The notes under the pieces were generated by a model that ran no database searches, was not told the origin of the DNA, and saw nothing but the letters and a program-made list of their open reading frames with translations. A stretch of 64,000 nucleotides of DNA from an uncultured delta proteobacterium (lineage in GTDB: Bacteria; Desulfobacterota; Syntrophobacteria; BM002), in NCBI GenBank assembly GCA_963712115.1, contig CAVQGX010000037.1, forward strand, positions 96,001-160,000, written 5' to 3'. This document shows positions 32,985-44,649 of the stretch, piece after piece. A program made the position numbers and the translations under genes. Within the stretch, counting starts at the first letter, position 1. Each line of letters opens with the position of its first letter.

Positions 32985-34226
32985 ATGAAAGTAAGAACAT
33001 CTTTTATCTTTTTCTTTGTACCACTGATATTTCTCCACATTGTCATAATTGAACCGGCCAGGTCCGAGATTGTAATCATGCCACTGGGCGACTCAATCAC
33101 TCTAGGCAGCGATGGATCGGTTGATGATCCAAACCTTTGGGTTTCATACCGTAAAGACCTGTGGGACCAACTCAGGGCTGCAGGGCATGAGGTGAACTTC
33201 GTGGGAAACCTCAACAATGGATCAGCAGTACCAAACTTCGACCCAGATCATGAAGGGCACGGTGGATGGGGAGATTACGATATAGGAGATGAGGTGTTCG
33301 GCTGGCTCAACCAACAAGACCCGGTACACATAGTGCTACTTCACATCGGGACCAACGGTCTCAAAAGCAGCCCGGCCGGTGTTGAATACATCCTTGATGA
33401 GATTGATAGCTATAGTCAAGACGTGTGGGTTGTCCTAGCCCGTATCATTAACCGGAGGTGCATCACTGATACTCCACCATGCCCCCAGAGTGCGACGACA
33501 ACTCTGTTTAACAACAATGTGGTTGCTATGGCGCAGAATCGCATCAATCTTTTGCAGGATAAGATCGTTATCGTCGATATGGAAAATGGGGCAGGCATTA
33601 ATTATCTCGGAGTGCCCCAGGGGGGGGATATGTGGGACGAACTTCATCCCTACAACCTTCGTCCCTTTGCAGAAGGATATCAAAAGATGGCAGATGTCTG
33701 GTTTGCCGCCCTGCAGGCAATGGTACCAGTAGCGGATGCTGGAACTGATCAAAATGTGGATGAGGGTGAACTGGTTACGCTTGATGGCTCAGGGTCAGAT
33801 GTGCCGAATTCTAATGTTCAGATTGTTTCCTACCAATGGGAACAGGAAGCCGGTGGAACCCAAGTAACCCTGTCCGATCCCGAAGTAGCCCAGCCCACCT
33901 TCACTGCGCCTGACATCGCAACAGATGTAGAAACACTCGCTTTCAGATTGACGGTCACTAGTGAGCCCGGTTTCCAGTCCACTGACACAATTTCCGTAGA
34001 GGTTCACAATCCCACCAGCTCCAGCGGAAGTGGTGGTGGCGGAGGGGGTGGGGTTTGCTTCATAACCACCGCGGCCTATGGCTCACCTCTCGCCTCGCAC
34101 GTAGAGGTGCGCCGTGATTTCCGAGACACCTATTTCATTACCAATTATCTGCGTGAGGTATTCCTGGATATTTCGATAACCTCTTACCGCTTGTTGTCGA
34201 CTTTATCAGTAAGCATAACACCTTAA
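32985..34226 (+). CDS. Secreted SGNH/GDSL esterase + PKD domain + degenerate CFI-box-CTERM tail
   Basis: [26 protein letters not shown]; [18 protein letters not shown]; [17 protein letters not shown]...RDFRD, with [14 protein letters not shown] in another frame. Confidence 0.85.
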   Translation: MKVRTSFIFFFVPLIFLHIVIIEPARSEIVIMPLGDSITLGSDGSVDDPNLWVSYRKDLWDQLRAAGHEVNFVGNLNNGSAVPNFDPDHEGHGGWGDYDIGDEVFGWLNQQDPVHIVLLHIGTNGLKSSPAGVEYILDEIDSYSQDVWVVLARIINRRCITDTPPCPQSATTTLFNNNVVAMAQNRINLLQDKIVIVDMENGAGINYLGVPQGGDMWDELHPYNLRPFAEGYQKMADVWFAALQAMVPVADAGTDQNVDEGELVTLDGSGSDVPNSNVQIVSYQWEQEAGGTQVTLSDPEVAQPTFTAPDIATDVETLAFRLTVTSEPGFQSTDTISVEVHNPTSSSGSGGGGGGGVCFITTAAYGSPLASHVEVRRDFRDTYFITNYLREVFLDISITSYRLLSTLSVSITP

Positions 34227-34292
34227 GGGCAGCAGTGCGGTTGAATTCACAGCAGTACGGTTTTTTCTAGATCCACCATCTCAGTTTACAGT

Positions 34293-34982
34293 ATGAAAAA
34301 TTCCATGATGCCCTTGGGATTTAAGAGGATATGGGCCCGTTTGTGGATGCGCTGCTCCGGGGTCGGACCGCTCGGAAGGACTGCTACCTGGTTCGCTACT
34401 TTGTCAGTGCCACCCTATTACAGCCGGGTTTACTTGGCTGGACTAAACCCAAGAGGCTATGTTTCACCCAGAGCCACCATACATCATTCTAAGCTGCTCC
34501 GGAGCACTGGTGTTTTCATAGACGATCGCGTTTTAATCTACCAGGACCTGAATGGCGGCCAGGTAGAACTTAAGAGAAACGTTCAGATTTATCGAGATAC
34601 TATCATTCAGACCGGAGAAGGAGGCAGTGTAACTATAGGCTCTCGCACCACTATTCAACCGCGCTGCCAGCTATCGGCATACATGGCCCCGATTCAGATT
34701 GGTGAAGACGTCCAGATTGCTCCGAACTGTGTCTTCTACCCATACGGTCATAGTTTTGCAGCGGGAGAGCTTATTAAGAACCAACCTTTACAGACCAAGG
34801 GAGGTATCGTGGTTGAGGATGATGTGTGGCTTGGTGTGGGAGTCATCGTATTGGACGGTGTAAGAATTGGCAAAGGTGCGGTTATTGGTGCTGGTTCAGT
34901 GGTCTCCCGGAATATACCTGAGCATGCCATAGCTATTGGTGTACCTGCACAAGTTGCAAATATGCGTGGCGCATCACCCTAG
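34293..34982 (+). CDS. Hexapeptide-repeat (LbH) O-acyltransferase
   Basis: IQIGEDVQIA, IVVEDDVWLG...VRIGKGAVIGAGSVV..IP..AIAIGVPA. Confidence 0.9.
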   Translation: MKNSMMPLGFKRIWARLWMRCSGVGPLGRTATWFATLSVPPYYSRVYLAGLNPRGYVSPRATIHHSKLLRSTGVFIDDRVLIYQDLNGGQVELKRNVQIYRDTIIQTGEGGSVTIGSRTTIQPRCQLSAYMAPIQIGEDVQIAPNCVFYPYGHSFAAGELIKNQPLQTKGGIVVEDDVWLGVGVIVLDGVRIGKGAVIGAGSVVSRNIPEHAIAIGVPAQVANMRGASP

Positions 34983-35165
34983 ACCCAAACTTGAAAAACC
35001 GTGGATATTAGACTAATTACGATGTTCGCAATTTGCAGTTCTTCTCTACCAGAAACAAATCAGGAAGCCACGGCTTAATTCCGCCGTTTTTATAGATACT
35101 TCCTGTATCGAGTAAAGCAATTTCATCTAAACACAAATTATTTTGAAGAAAGGAGCTGAAGTTAA

Positions 35166-35834
35166 ATGAAAGATGAAAAGAGGATTGCACTAGCCAGTTT
35201 CCCAAGAAGTGGCAATACATGGATTAGATATTTACTAAAATACTATACAGACCTAGCTCCTACATCCGCTTATAAAGGTGATACAAGTAAAGATCATGAT
35301 ACAACATTATTCATAAAAACACATGATATCGTTCTTGATAAATTTAGGAAAATAATTCATATAATTCGCAATCCTTTTGACAGCTTTTACTCATATTGGA
35401 ATTACAGGTTAAACTATATTAAAGATAATCCCGAATGGGACGAACATTTGGACCATTGCTGTAGTTTTTGGAAAAAACATACCAAAAATTGTCTCAATAT
35501 AAAGAGTTTAAAAATTCATATTAGATATGAAGATTTAATTACAGATTGTTATGATCAATTAAAAAAGATAGTAGAATTTTCTGATTTGGAAGTCAATCCT
35601 GAAAAAATTGGATATGCAGTTAAACAAGCCGATTTTAGGAGATTGAGAAAACTACCTAAAAGAAAAAGAATAGAATGGGAAAAAAAGCCAAAAAAGTTCT
35701 TTTCCTCTGGAAAAGCTGGTTATGGTAAAAAGTATTTTTCACTAGCTCATCAAAAACGAGTTATTGATAAGGTTGGAGACTTGATGGAAATGTTTGGATA
35801 CAATACGAACGCGGATTGCAAGTCAGCTTGCTGA
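35166..35834 (+). CDS. Sulfotransferase
   Basis: ASFPRSGNTW, IKTH, IRNPFDSFYS, IRYEDL; very AT-rich. Confidence 0.88.
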   Translation: MKDEKRIALASFPRSGNTWIRYLLKYYTDLAPTSAYKGDTSKDHDTTLFIKTHDIVLDKFRKIIHIIRNPFDSFYSYWNYRLNYIKDNPEWDEHLDHCCSFWKKHTKNCLNIKSLKIHIRYEDLITDCYDQLKKIVEFSDLEVNPEKIGYAVKQADFRRLRKLPKRKRIEWEKKPKKFFSSGKAGYGKKYFSLAHQKRVIDKVGDLMEMFGYNTNADCKSAC

Positions 35835-36205
35835 TATTAGTGGACCGGGAAAAGGATAAAGGAAGCAGCTAGAGCGATTTTAGCTGGATTATTTTTAGAA
35901 GTACTTACAAAATTCACCTTTAAAAAGCAAGTCACCACAATACAGGTAGGTCCTGATTACTATGCGTTCTTGTGATCACGATTTATTTCATAATACAGAT
36001 CATATTATAATTCGCCACCACTCGAAGAGGCACAGAATGTTAGGTACTTTTGTTTTTCTTTTCGTGTGCTCAACTTATAGGGATAAACTGTATTGCTCGG
36101 TTTGATGTGAGTACTTCAGTAGTCCGTGTGACATTTCCGTTTGTTGGCAATGTGGAGGGAAGGTACTATTGAAAGTTTTTTACATGATGGGCTGATAATT
36201 TCAGT

Positions 36206-37273
36206 GTGGAGGCAGAGTTTCAAGTGAAAGAGAAGAAATTTCTGGTTATCCGGGAATTTTTGACGGCAGGAATGTGTGCTTGCTTAATGCATGTAGTCAA
36301 TGGCCTGTTGTGTGCCAAGCTTAGTAACAGAATACCCATTGTATATTGGGGGAAAGGATCATCTTACTATGAAGCGTCAGAGTATTTGGCAGGTATTGTG
36401 CCGAATAACGTCTTTGAGAATTACTTTGAGCCAATCTCAGAATACTCTATCGAAGACGTTCTTGGAAAAGGTTATGCGTACTTCCCATCATATTGGACAG
36501 ATTCAACCATAGTCGACGGAAAATTTCCAAAATCTGACCCCTTGCGTTACGATCTGAACTTTCGCTCAAATAAGGCTAATGTATTAGTAAGTTTTTTGAT
36601 GCAACGCATTGAGGATTTGCAGTCACTGATCCCTCCGAATAGCGAACTTAGCGGGCTCTCAAGGGATGAGTTGTGGCATCATTTCTACAGTAAGAACCTC
36701 CGTCTGAAGGAAAACGTTAAGGAGCGCATTGATAAGTTTTATGACGAGAACATGCGAGATGGTCATATTATAGGGGTGCATGTCAGAAAAACCGACAAGA
36801 AGTCCGAACAAGTATCGCCCTACACCTCGAGATACTTGAGAGCTGCAGAAACTCTTCTGTCATCAAACATTGATGCGAAGTTGTTTGTTGCGACTGATTG
36901 CGAAAAAACCCTAGACAGATTTGTAGGTAGATTCAAGGAAAGAGTGATTTTTACAAATTCAATACGCTCTACTGATTCAAGTGCTCTCCACACTAGCGCT
37001 GGCAACAAATTGATAAAGGGTGAGCAGATTCTAATGGATGTTTACTTGCTTAGCAGGTGCAAGCACTACATCGGGTCTCTTGCGACTAGCATCTCTTTCG
37101 TCGTTCTATTCATGCTCAGTGATCCTGCTGCATCAAGGAGTAGGTCGACGATTATAGGGCCCTCCTTTCTTGAGAGAGCAGAGTGGAACTTGACAAAATA
37201 TTTGCCTAAAAAAACTAAATGGTTCTTTAGACGGCTTAAAGGAAAATTCAAAGCATCGTATAATCATCTGTGA
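36206..37273 (+). CDS. NodZ/GT23-like fucosyltransferase
   Basis: NVFENYFEP, IIGVHVRKTDK, LFVATD, DVYLLSRC.HYIGS..S. Confidence 0.8.
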   Translation: MEAEFQVKEKKFLVIREFLTAGMCACLMHVVNGLLCAKLSNRIPIVYWGKGSSYYEASEYLAGIVPNNVFENYFEPISEYSIEDVLGKGYAYFPSYWTDSTIVDGKFPKSDPLRYDLNFRSNKANVLVSFLMQRIEDLQSLIPPNSELSGLSRDELWHHFYSKNLRLKENVKERIDKFYDENMRDGHIIGVHVRKTDKKSEQVSPYTSRYLRAAETLLSSNIDAKLFVATDCEKTLDRFVGRFKERVIFTNSIRSTDSSALHTSAGNKLIKGEQILMDVYLLSRCKHYIGSLATSISFVVLFMLSDPAASRSRSTIIGPSFLERAEWNLTKYLPKKTKWFFRRLKGKFKASYNHL

Positions 37274-37460
37274 CAAACATGCTATGCATCTACTAGGCGC
37301 TTTGTTGTCTTTATCATTGTTCTCCCAACTATATTGATTTTTGAATTAAAAAAACGAACTGTATCTCGTTCACTAAAGCGAAAACAAATCTTACGCTAAA
37401 AAATTTTGTCATCAAAAAGAGGTCTTTCTTTTAAATATTTTCCCTTTGAGAATAGTTTCA

Positions 37461-38465
37461 ATGTCAACTTCTGAACCCCTTGTAAGTGTTGTAACACCAG
37501 TATACAACGGTGAAGAATATCTAGCTGATTGTATCAAGAGTGTCTTGAGGCAAGACTACGAAAATTGGGAATATATTATAATAAATAATTGTAGCACAGA
37601 TAGATCGCTAGAAATTGCAAAAGACTGCGCAAAAAAAGACTCGAGAATTAGAGTACATAACAATGAAGAATTCTTGTCAATGGTTGACAACTTTCATCAC
37701 GCCTTACGCCAAATATCGAATAAAAGCAAATATTGTAAAATAGTTCACGCCGATGATCTTTTGTTCCCAAACTGCTTGCATGAAATGGTGAAATTAGCCG
37801 AAGAAAATCCTTCAGTTGGTATAGTTTCATCTTACGCACTTGAAGGAAACAAGATTAAGGGGAACGGTTTTCCATACCCTAGCGCCAGTCTATCTGGACG
37901 TGAAGTTTGCAGGTTGTCCTTGTTGGGTAAAATACCATATGTATTTGGATCACCTTCCTCGCTGCTGATAAGGGCAGATCTTATTCGCAGGCGTAACTCA
38001 TTCTATAACAAACGTTATTTGCAGCTTTTGGACCAAACAGCGTGTTATGATATTCTCCATAACTCAGATTTTGGTTTTGTCCATCAAATTTTGACCTTTT
38101 CACGACTGCACGACTCATCTCAGACCACCTCGGCCACTAGATTTAACAGGCTAATCATAGAGCAACTTATATTTCTTCAGGAATATGGCCCGAAATACTT
38201 GACCGAAGATGAATTAGAAAACCGTTTTCAGGAAAAACTCCGAATTTATTATAGGTTTCTAAGTAAAAATATATTTAAGTTCAGAGACAAGGAGTTCTGC
38301 GCTTATCATGCGAATCGTTTTAGAGAGCTTACAGTGTCTTTTAGTTTTTTCAAGTTATTGAGAGGCTTGATCGAAACCGTGTACATTAGTTCAATGGAAT
38401 TTTTGGTACATCCCAAAAGGAATTTTGTAAATCTCATACGCTCCTGGAGAAAAAACAGCGGTTAG
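37461..38465 (+). CDS. Glycosyltransferase GT2
   Basis: VSVVTPVYNGE.YL..CI.SVL.Q, NNCSTD, HADD. Confidence 0.9.
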   Translation: MSTSEPLVSVVTPVYNGEEYLADCIKSVLRQDYENWEYIIINNCSTDRSLEIAKDCAKKDSRIRVHNNEEFLSMVDNFHHALRQISNKSKYCKIVHADDLLFPNCLHEMVKLAEENPSVGIVSSYALEGNKIKGNGFPYPSASLSGREVCRLSLLGKIPYVFGSPSSLLIRADLIRRRNSFYNKRYLQLLDQTACYDILHNSDFGFVHQILTFSRLHDSSQTTSATRFNRLIIEQLIFLQEYGPKYLTEDELENRFQEKLRIYYRFLSKNIFKFRDKEFCAYHANRFRELTVSFSFFKLLRGLIETVYISSMEFLVHPKRNFVNLIRSWRKNSG

Positions 38466-38476
38466 ATTATTTTAAA

Positions 38477-38674
38477 TTAACCCTAATGTTGCAAACCCAG
38501 ACCGGCAAAACGCGCTGCGCTCGCGCGATAGCACGCCATCTGAGGCTGTGCTCACCTCTGACAGAACTTAACGTACAGTCAAGTACGCCTCGACCTGTCC
38601 GAGCCTGTGCGCAGCCACATCTGACGCACTCTTGCGCGTTTTTTCTCGGAATGGGTCTGCAACATTAGGGTTAA
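38477..38674. mobile_element. 198-bp palindromic MITE-like element with TTAA ends
   Basis: TTAACCCTAATGTTGCAAACCCA / TGGGTCTGCAACATTAGGGTTAA (1 mismatch); internal ACGTACAGTCAAGTACGCCT. Confidence 0.85.
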
Positions 38675-38758
38675 GTCTAGGCTATCAATACCATGCCAAG
38701 TCTACTCATTGGTAAAATTTCCCTTCATTTACAGTTCCGTCCAGTATAAGTCTTTATA

Positions 38759-39815
38759 ATGATTTATTCCAGAGAACCTATCAGGTTGGGAATAATCGGT
38801 TGCGGAGCGATAACCGAAAGAGGATATTTGCCTGCCCTTAAATCAGTATCCAACATAGTTCTTACACACGTTGTTGATTTGGACCTTGAAAGGGCTGAAA
38901 GCGTAGCAAAGCATTTCGATATCCCAAACTTCGTTGACGACTACCGTCTATTATACGGGAAAATAGACGCTGTGGTCGTAGCTACCCCGCCCAATTCACA
39001 TGCTCCCATCAGTATAGACTGCTTAAACCATGGACTGCACGTGCTATGTGAGAAACCATTGGCACCCTCTGCGAGGGAAGCTGAGGAAATGATTGCCGTT
39101 AGTCGAAATAAGGGCAATCATCTTGCGGTTGGAATGGTTCGTCGCTTAAGCCCCAGCTTTCAGTTACTGAAAAGAGTGCTGGAAACGGACATTCTAGGTG
39201 AGATTCAAGGTTTCGATTTAGAAGAGGGAAGCCAGTTCAATTGGCCACTTCGCACTGGTCACCTCTTTCAGGATAAAATTTCCGGAGGGGTGCTCGCCGA
39301 CACAGGGCCACATGTGCTGGATTTGCTTTTGTGGCTTTTTGAGAGTGAATCTTTAAACCTTGTCAATTATAGCGATGACAGATGGGGTGGTGTCGAGGCG
39401 AACGCCTTAATAGAGTTGGAAATAGAGCTTGGCTTGCGAAAAATAATCGGCACCATAGACCTTAGCTTCACCAGAAGCTTGCGGAATACCTTGCAGGCTT
39501 TATGGAGAAAAGGGATGGCTTGAAGCTCCAACAATGGGAGGGAGTGAGATAAGATTCTATCGTGGGAATCACGCAACAGATCCAATGATTTTGAAACCCG
39601 AAGGTGTGGAATCGCGGAAGTTTTTTGAAGATTTTGTTATCCAACTCTCAAACTTTGCAGACTCGATAATCAACAATTCCAAAAATTACGTTGGAGCACA
39701 TGAAGCTCTCCCAACACTATCCTTAATAGAAGAATGCCGCAGCTCAGGAAGACTCATCGCCCATCCCTGGGAGATAAAACATCTGGAATCCTTTTTTCCC
39801 GGACAAAATGAATGA
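38759..39815 (+). CDS. Gfo/Idh/MocA oxidoreductase (frameshift near 39495-39535)
   Basis: LGIIGCGAI, ATPPNSH, HVLCEKPLA, GGVLADTGPH; C-terminus in 39534-39815. Confidence 0.85.
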
Positions 39816-41005
39816 CTCGTAAAACTGTCTTGATCACAGGCGCTTCGGGTTTCGTTGGATGTCGCCTTGCCGAAAGGCTGGCGTTGGGATCAAAGTGCAA
39901 AGTTGTAGCCGCGGTTCACAGATTCTCGGGGCATGGTGTGGCTCGGCTTGGCCGACTCCCCGTAGAATTGGTCGCAGCAGACTTGTTGGACCTCCAGTCT
40001 TTGACCAAGGCCGCTGAGAACGCCGACATTATCGTGCACCTTGCATATGGAAGCCGGGGTAGCAAAAAAGAAAAAAGGGCGGCAACCGTGAGAGGAACCG
40101 ATAATGTGATGAAGGCTGCGATTCAGAGCAGAGTAGAAAAAGTAATACATGTCAGCACAGCGGCTGTCCATGGGTTGCATCCTAAAACTTCGATTGTGTA
40201 CGAATCCGCACCATACGAACGCACCCGTGATGTGTACCGGGCGAGTAAGATCGAAGCGGAGAAAATTGTTTGGCGATATCACAGGAAGTTTGGACTTCCG
40301 GTTGTCGTTTTCCGTCCTCCACTTATATACGGCCCTTATGGGCAGGATTGGACTGTGAGAATCGTTAAGGAAATTCAATCTGGTGCTGTTTTAGTAAATG
40401 ACGGAAACGGCGCGGCTAATCTCATTTATGTTGACAACCTGATAGACGCTTTCATTCTTGCCATGGAAAAGGACTCAGGAGATGGAGAGGCTTTTTTCGT
40501 TGTTGACGATGAACATCTGAATTGGAAAGAGGTATATGACAGATACGCGGTTACACTCAATGGCCACCCTCCTTTTCGGCTCATGTCAGGAGAAGAAATT
40601 TATGCGCAGAGAAAAAGGAATGAACCGACCACAATCGACAAATGGGCTTTCGCTCCATTTGCAACCGGCGTGGAAATGGCACGTCACGCTCTCAGGTCAC
40701 CTGAGATTAGAAGTAAAATTAAAGAAATCCCTTGGCTGCAAATTTGTATCAAAAATGTCTGCCCAAGACAAATCAAGGATTCTTTGAAAGGTGAAAACGG
40801 GAGCGTCTTCACAAAGACTGCTACCCAGCCGCAATCTAACCCATTGCGACTGCCCAGTAAGGACATGGTAGAGCTGTACTCATCGCAGTCCCGCTTTTCA
40901 AGTGACAAAATCAAGAAAGTCCTTGGTTACACTCAAAGGATTAATTTTGAGGAAGGCATGGATTTGACTTGCTCCTGGCTGCGCTACCAGAGGTTGATTC
41001 CATGA
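39812..41005 (+). CDS. NAD-dependent epimerase/dehydratase
   Basis: LITGASGFVG, HVSTAAV, YRASK, RPPLIYGP. Confidence 0.88.
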   Translation: MTRKTVLITGASGFVGCRLAERLALGSKCKVVAAVHRFSGHGVARLGRLPVELVAADLLDLQSLTKAAENADIIVHLAYGSRGSKKEKRAATVRGTDNVMKAAIQSRVEKVIHVSTAAVHGLHPKTSIVYESAPYERTRDVYRASKIEAEKIVWRYHRKFGLPVVVFRPPLIYGPYGQDWTVRIVKEIQSGAVLVNDGNGAANLIYVDNLIDAFILAMEKDSGDGEAFFVVDDEHLNWKEVYDRYAVTLNGHPPFRLMSGEEIYAQRKRNEPTTIDKWAFAPFATGVEMARHALRSPEIRSKIKEIPWLQICIKNVCPRQIKDSLKGENGSVFTKTATQPQSNPLRLPSKDMVELYSSQSRFSSDKIKKVLGYTQRINFEEGMDLTCSWLRYQRLIP

Positions 41006-42069
41006 CCACCCTGAAGTGTCTCTTTTACCCTCATTGGCCTGGCAATCCATACCAGAGGTTGCTGGCGGAGAAACTCGGCAATCTAGGTGTCCGGGTTGAG
41101 GAGGCTGAGCCTCACTTCATCATTCTGCCCAATCTGATGAGGCGAGGCAAACCAGACATACTTCACCTCCATACCCTTGCCCCTCTTTTTCTGTCGTCAA
41201 CCACGCTGAGGTCTTTTTTAAGGATGATCATTTCAGTTTTCCAACTTGTAATTCTTCGTCTTATGGGGGTCAGGATTATCTGGACAGCTCATGATTTGAA
41301 GAGCCATGCCAATCGTCACATCATGTTGGATCGAATATTTACCGTCCTTTTGAGCAGGCTGGTCCATGCGATTATTACCCACTGCGAAACAGCGAAAAGA
41401 GAGGTTGCAAGAAAACTTTACGTAAGGAACCTCGACAAGACTTTCATTATCCCCCACGCTAACTATATTGACACATACAAGAACAATATCAGCCGCTCAG
41501 AGGCACGGAGGAAGTTGGGATTCTCAGAAAAAGATGTTGTTCTGCTTTCACTCGGACTGATCAGGCCGTACAAAGGAATTCCAGAGCTTATCGATGCTTT
41601 TAAAAAGATACCTCAAAATGGCGCTCAACTTGTGATTGCCGGCAAGCCAACAACAGCAACGCTTGGAGAATCGCTTGAACGAAAGGCGGCAGGATGCGAA
41701 AATATAAAGCTAATTCCAGAATTTATCCCCGATGAGGAAATTCAATTATACCTGAATGCCTGTGATGCCGCAGTTTTCGCCTTTCGAGACATCTTTACCT
41801 CCGGTTCTGTAATTTTGGCGATGTCTTTTGGCCGAGCGTGTATAGCACCGCGCAAGGGCTGCATTGGCGACGTGCTAGATGGCTCAGGGGGTTTTCTTTA
41901 CGATCCTGATGAGCAAGATGGTTTATTGCAGGCCCTGAAAGGTGCCATCGAGAACAAGGCAGCACTTCAGGATATGGGAGAACATAACCTAAAAGCTGTG
42001 GAGCAATGGAGTTGGAGTCGTATCGCTGAGATGACATTTAAAGTCTATCGACATTGTTTAGGCCGGTAG
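41002..42069 (+). CDS. Glycosyltransferase GT4
   Basis: NPYQ..L, IIWTAHD, GLIRPYKG, TSGSVILAMSFG. Confidence 0.88.
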   Translation: MTTLKCLFYPHWPGNPYQRLLAEKLGNLGVRVEEAEPHFIILPNLMRRGKPDILHLHTLAPLFLSSTTLRSFLRMIISVFQLVILRLMGVRIIWTAHDLKSHANRHIMLDRIFTVLLSRLVHAIITHCETAKREVARKLYVRNLDKTFIIPHANYIDTYKNNISRSEARRKLGFSEKDVVLLSLGLIRPYKGIPELIDAFKKIPQNGAQLVIAGKPTTATLGESLERKAAGCENIKLIPEFIPDEEIQLYLNACDAAVFAFRDIFTSGSVILAMSFGRACIAPRKGCIGDVLDGSGGFLYDPDEQDGLLQALKGAIENKAALQDMGEHNLKAVEQWSWSRIAEMTFKVYRHCLGR

Positions 42070-42151
42070 TGTCTGCCTGTCATATCTATTATTTGCGAAG
42101 AAAATGGAATACTGATGAAAGGGCTTACATAATAAGGACGAGCCGGTAAAC

Positions 42152-42301
42152 ATGGATTCCCGTCTAAAGATATTAGGCATGGAAATTGACGCGATTTCTA
42201 TGCCGCAAGCTGTCTCTAGAATTCTCGACTGGAAAAAGACAAAACACATCGTTATTGGCATTACCTCGCAATACCAAATAACGGTCAGGCTATCACTTTG
42301 A
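42152..42301 (+). pseudogene. N-terminal remnant of a WecB/TagA/CpsF (GT26) glycosyltransferase
   Basis: MDSRLKILGMEIDAISMPQAVSRILDW, then similarity is lost and a stop follows. Confidence 0.55.
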
Positions 42302-42347
42302 AAATTCAAAACTGCAAACTGTAGAGAGCACTTAATAAGGGCAACTA

Positions 42348-44100
42348 ATGCCGGGTATTCTCGGTCTTACAAGTGTAGATAAAGTAAACGAACTTTTATC
42401 TATGAAAGATGCCTTGTTCAGGTCACCTTATGTGCACTATCAGGGCTGTGATCACATGGGCGAAGCATGGGTTGTGGCAAGTTTGAGGAAGGACAATGCT
42501 TCAATTGAGCACCGGAATGTAAAGCTGGCCTTTGAAGGCTATATTATTAACGGCCCTAAACCAGGAACTGAATTGCTTGTCAGGCTCGTGGATCTCTTTC
42601 TTGGAAAAAGGTGAAAGGTTCGTTCGAGAGTTACGCGGCTCTTTCCAAATTGCCATCAGGTATAAAAGCCGAACATACGTTTACGTGGATCATACGTGTT
42701 CCAGACCACTCTTTTTCCTGCACACAGAAGGTATTCTGTATTTCTCGCCCGAAATTGCACCGCTTATGGTTCACCTGAAAAATGGAGACCTTGATGAAGC
42801 GAATCTGATTCAGTTCCTAATAGCAGGACATTTTTTTAGTGGTGAGACGTTGGTCAAAGAGATTCGCACTCTAAGACCTGGAGAGTTCCTGACTTTTGAT
42901 GGAAGGAGAATCAAGCGCGAGGGTTACTATACCTATAAAGTAAGTCCCGACGGTCATTTAGACAAAAGAGAAGCCATTGAGACATTACACCAGTTGCTTG
43001 AGGAAGCCATTGTGGGGCAATGGCAGAGAGCTGAAAACCCCGGTATATTGCTAAGCGGTGGGATAGATTCCAGGTACATTTTGTTAACAGTAGCGGAATG
43101 TGTTGAGAATACGACCAAGCTGAAGACAATTTGTTGGGGGGAGAATTTTAAAAAAAGTGGATCTGATATAGATGTATCCGTGAAGTTAGCCAGGAGATTG
43201 GGAACTCAACACATCCTGGTTAGAAGGCATGAGAAGAATGTTAGATCCGCTTTTACAAACATGTTCTATGCTCAATCTGGGATGACGGACAGTGCCTTCA
43301 TTCATGCAGATGAACTTGATATCTGCAAAGAACTGAGAGAAAAGCATGGTATCTACTCCCTCATAAGGGGAGACCATTCATTTGGAGGCTCGCAGGAACG
43401 AAAAACTATTCAGCATGGACTTTTGGATCTTGGGATGAGCCTCACTCGACATATAGCCAATAGAGATAAATGGTTTAATGGAAGAGATAATAGTTATTAT
43501 GACTCCTACTCGCAGGTACTTACAAAACTGATTTCTCCGCTCGCAAATGACCCCAACATGATGAGAGATACTCTCCGATTTCGAGAACGCGTACCAATGT
43601 ATTTACAGTATATTAACTATTTCAAATACCATTATCTGGAAGTCTTTAATCCTTTTTTGGACAGGATACTATTGGATATATCCACAACAATTCCATGTCG
43701 CTATCGATCAAAAAAAAGAATGCTCAAAGATTGCTATCGTCATAGATTTCCAGAATATGAAAATGTTCCGCTTGCACGTAAAGACAATATGATTAACTGG
43801 CCACAAGCAATCGTTAGATCACCTATGTTGTATTCATATCTTTATAAAGGAATAGATCAACTACCTGAAATATTCAATAAGCCCTACATTAAGGAGTGCC
43901 TTTCTTCGATAAAATATGACAATTACACACGGGCCGTGAAGTGGAGTTACAATATTGCGAAAAATGCTACAAAGAGCCTTCACTTACCGAAATCTTTTGT
44001 TGAGAAACTAAGAGGAGAAGAGCTGGTGGTTTCTCCCATCCTACTTATTTCAAGATCAGTAGTGCTTTCAAAGTGGTTCAATACGTGGACAATAGTTTGA
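42348..44100 (+). CDS. Asparagine-synthase-related amidotransferase (frameshift near 42600)
   Basis: LRGSFQIAI, DH..SRPLF, FSPEI, LLSGGIDSR, PFLDR; N-terminus is MPGILG. Confidence 0.82.
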
Positions 44101-44119
44101 ACCGAAGCAAAAAATCGGC

Positions 44120-44470
44120 CACTAAACAAAACCTTACATTTGCAGGGTGCCACCTCAACACCAATGTGCAGCGCGCAAGAGCATGGCCCACATTTTTATC
44201 CTCCCCAGCCTTTTAGAATGCGGAGGAGCAAATGTGCTTGAAGAAATAGCGGTCAACCCGCCTCTTATAGTAATAACTCTGGGAGGCCCCGCAGATTATC
44301 TGGACCAAAATTATGGAATTTTGCTAAATCCCTCTCCCCGCGAATAATTCATGGTAAGCTTCACTGATGCAATGCTTCACCCAGGACCGTCAGCTCAAAT
44401 AAAATTGGGAATGGGAAAAATGGCGAGACAACGAGCATTACAGTATATGATTGGGAGAAAAAACTAATGT
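44120..44470 (+). pseudogene. C-terminal remnant of a GT4 glycosyltransferase
   Basis: FILPSLLECGGANVLEE...GGPADYLD..YGIL; in-frame stop; MGKMARQRAL; no N-terminal half. Confidence 0.7.
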
Positions 44471-44649
44471 GAATATAGAGCACTTACAAAGAAACAATGT
44501 AGCGCGCAGCGGCTTGACTATAACAGGTAGAAGTGAACAAAGTTACCCAAAAAAAGTTTAAGAATTTCAGAGAAACGAGAATAAGATATTAACATAAACA
44601 TTTTAAAAGCTTACGAAAAACAATTCAGTAACGTAAAAACATAATAAAA

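Noticed and set aside
38486-38668. 60-aa ORF
   Set aside because: Lies wholly within the TTAA-ended palindromic element.
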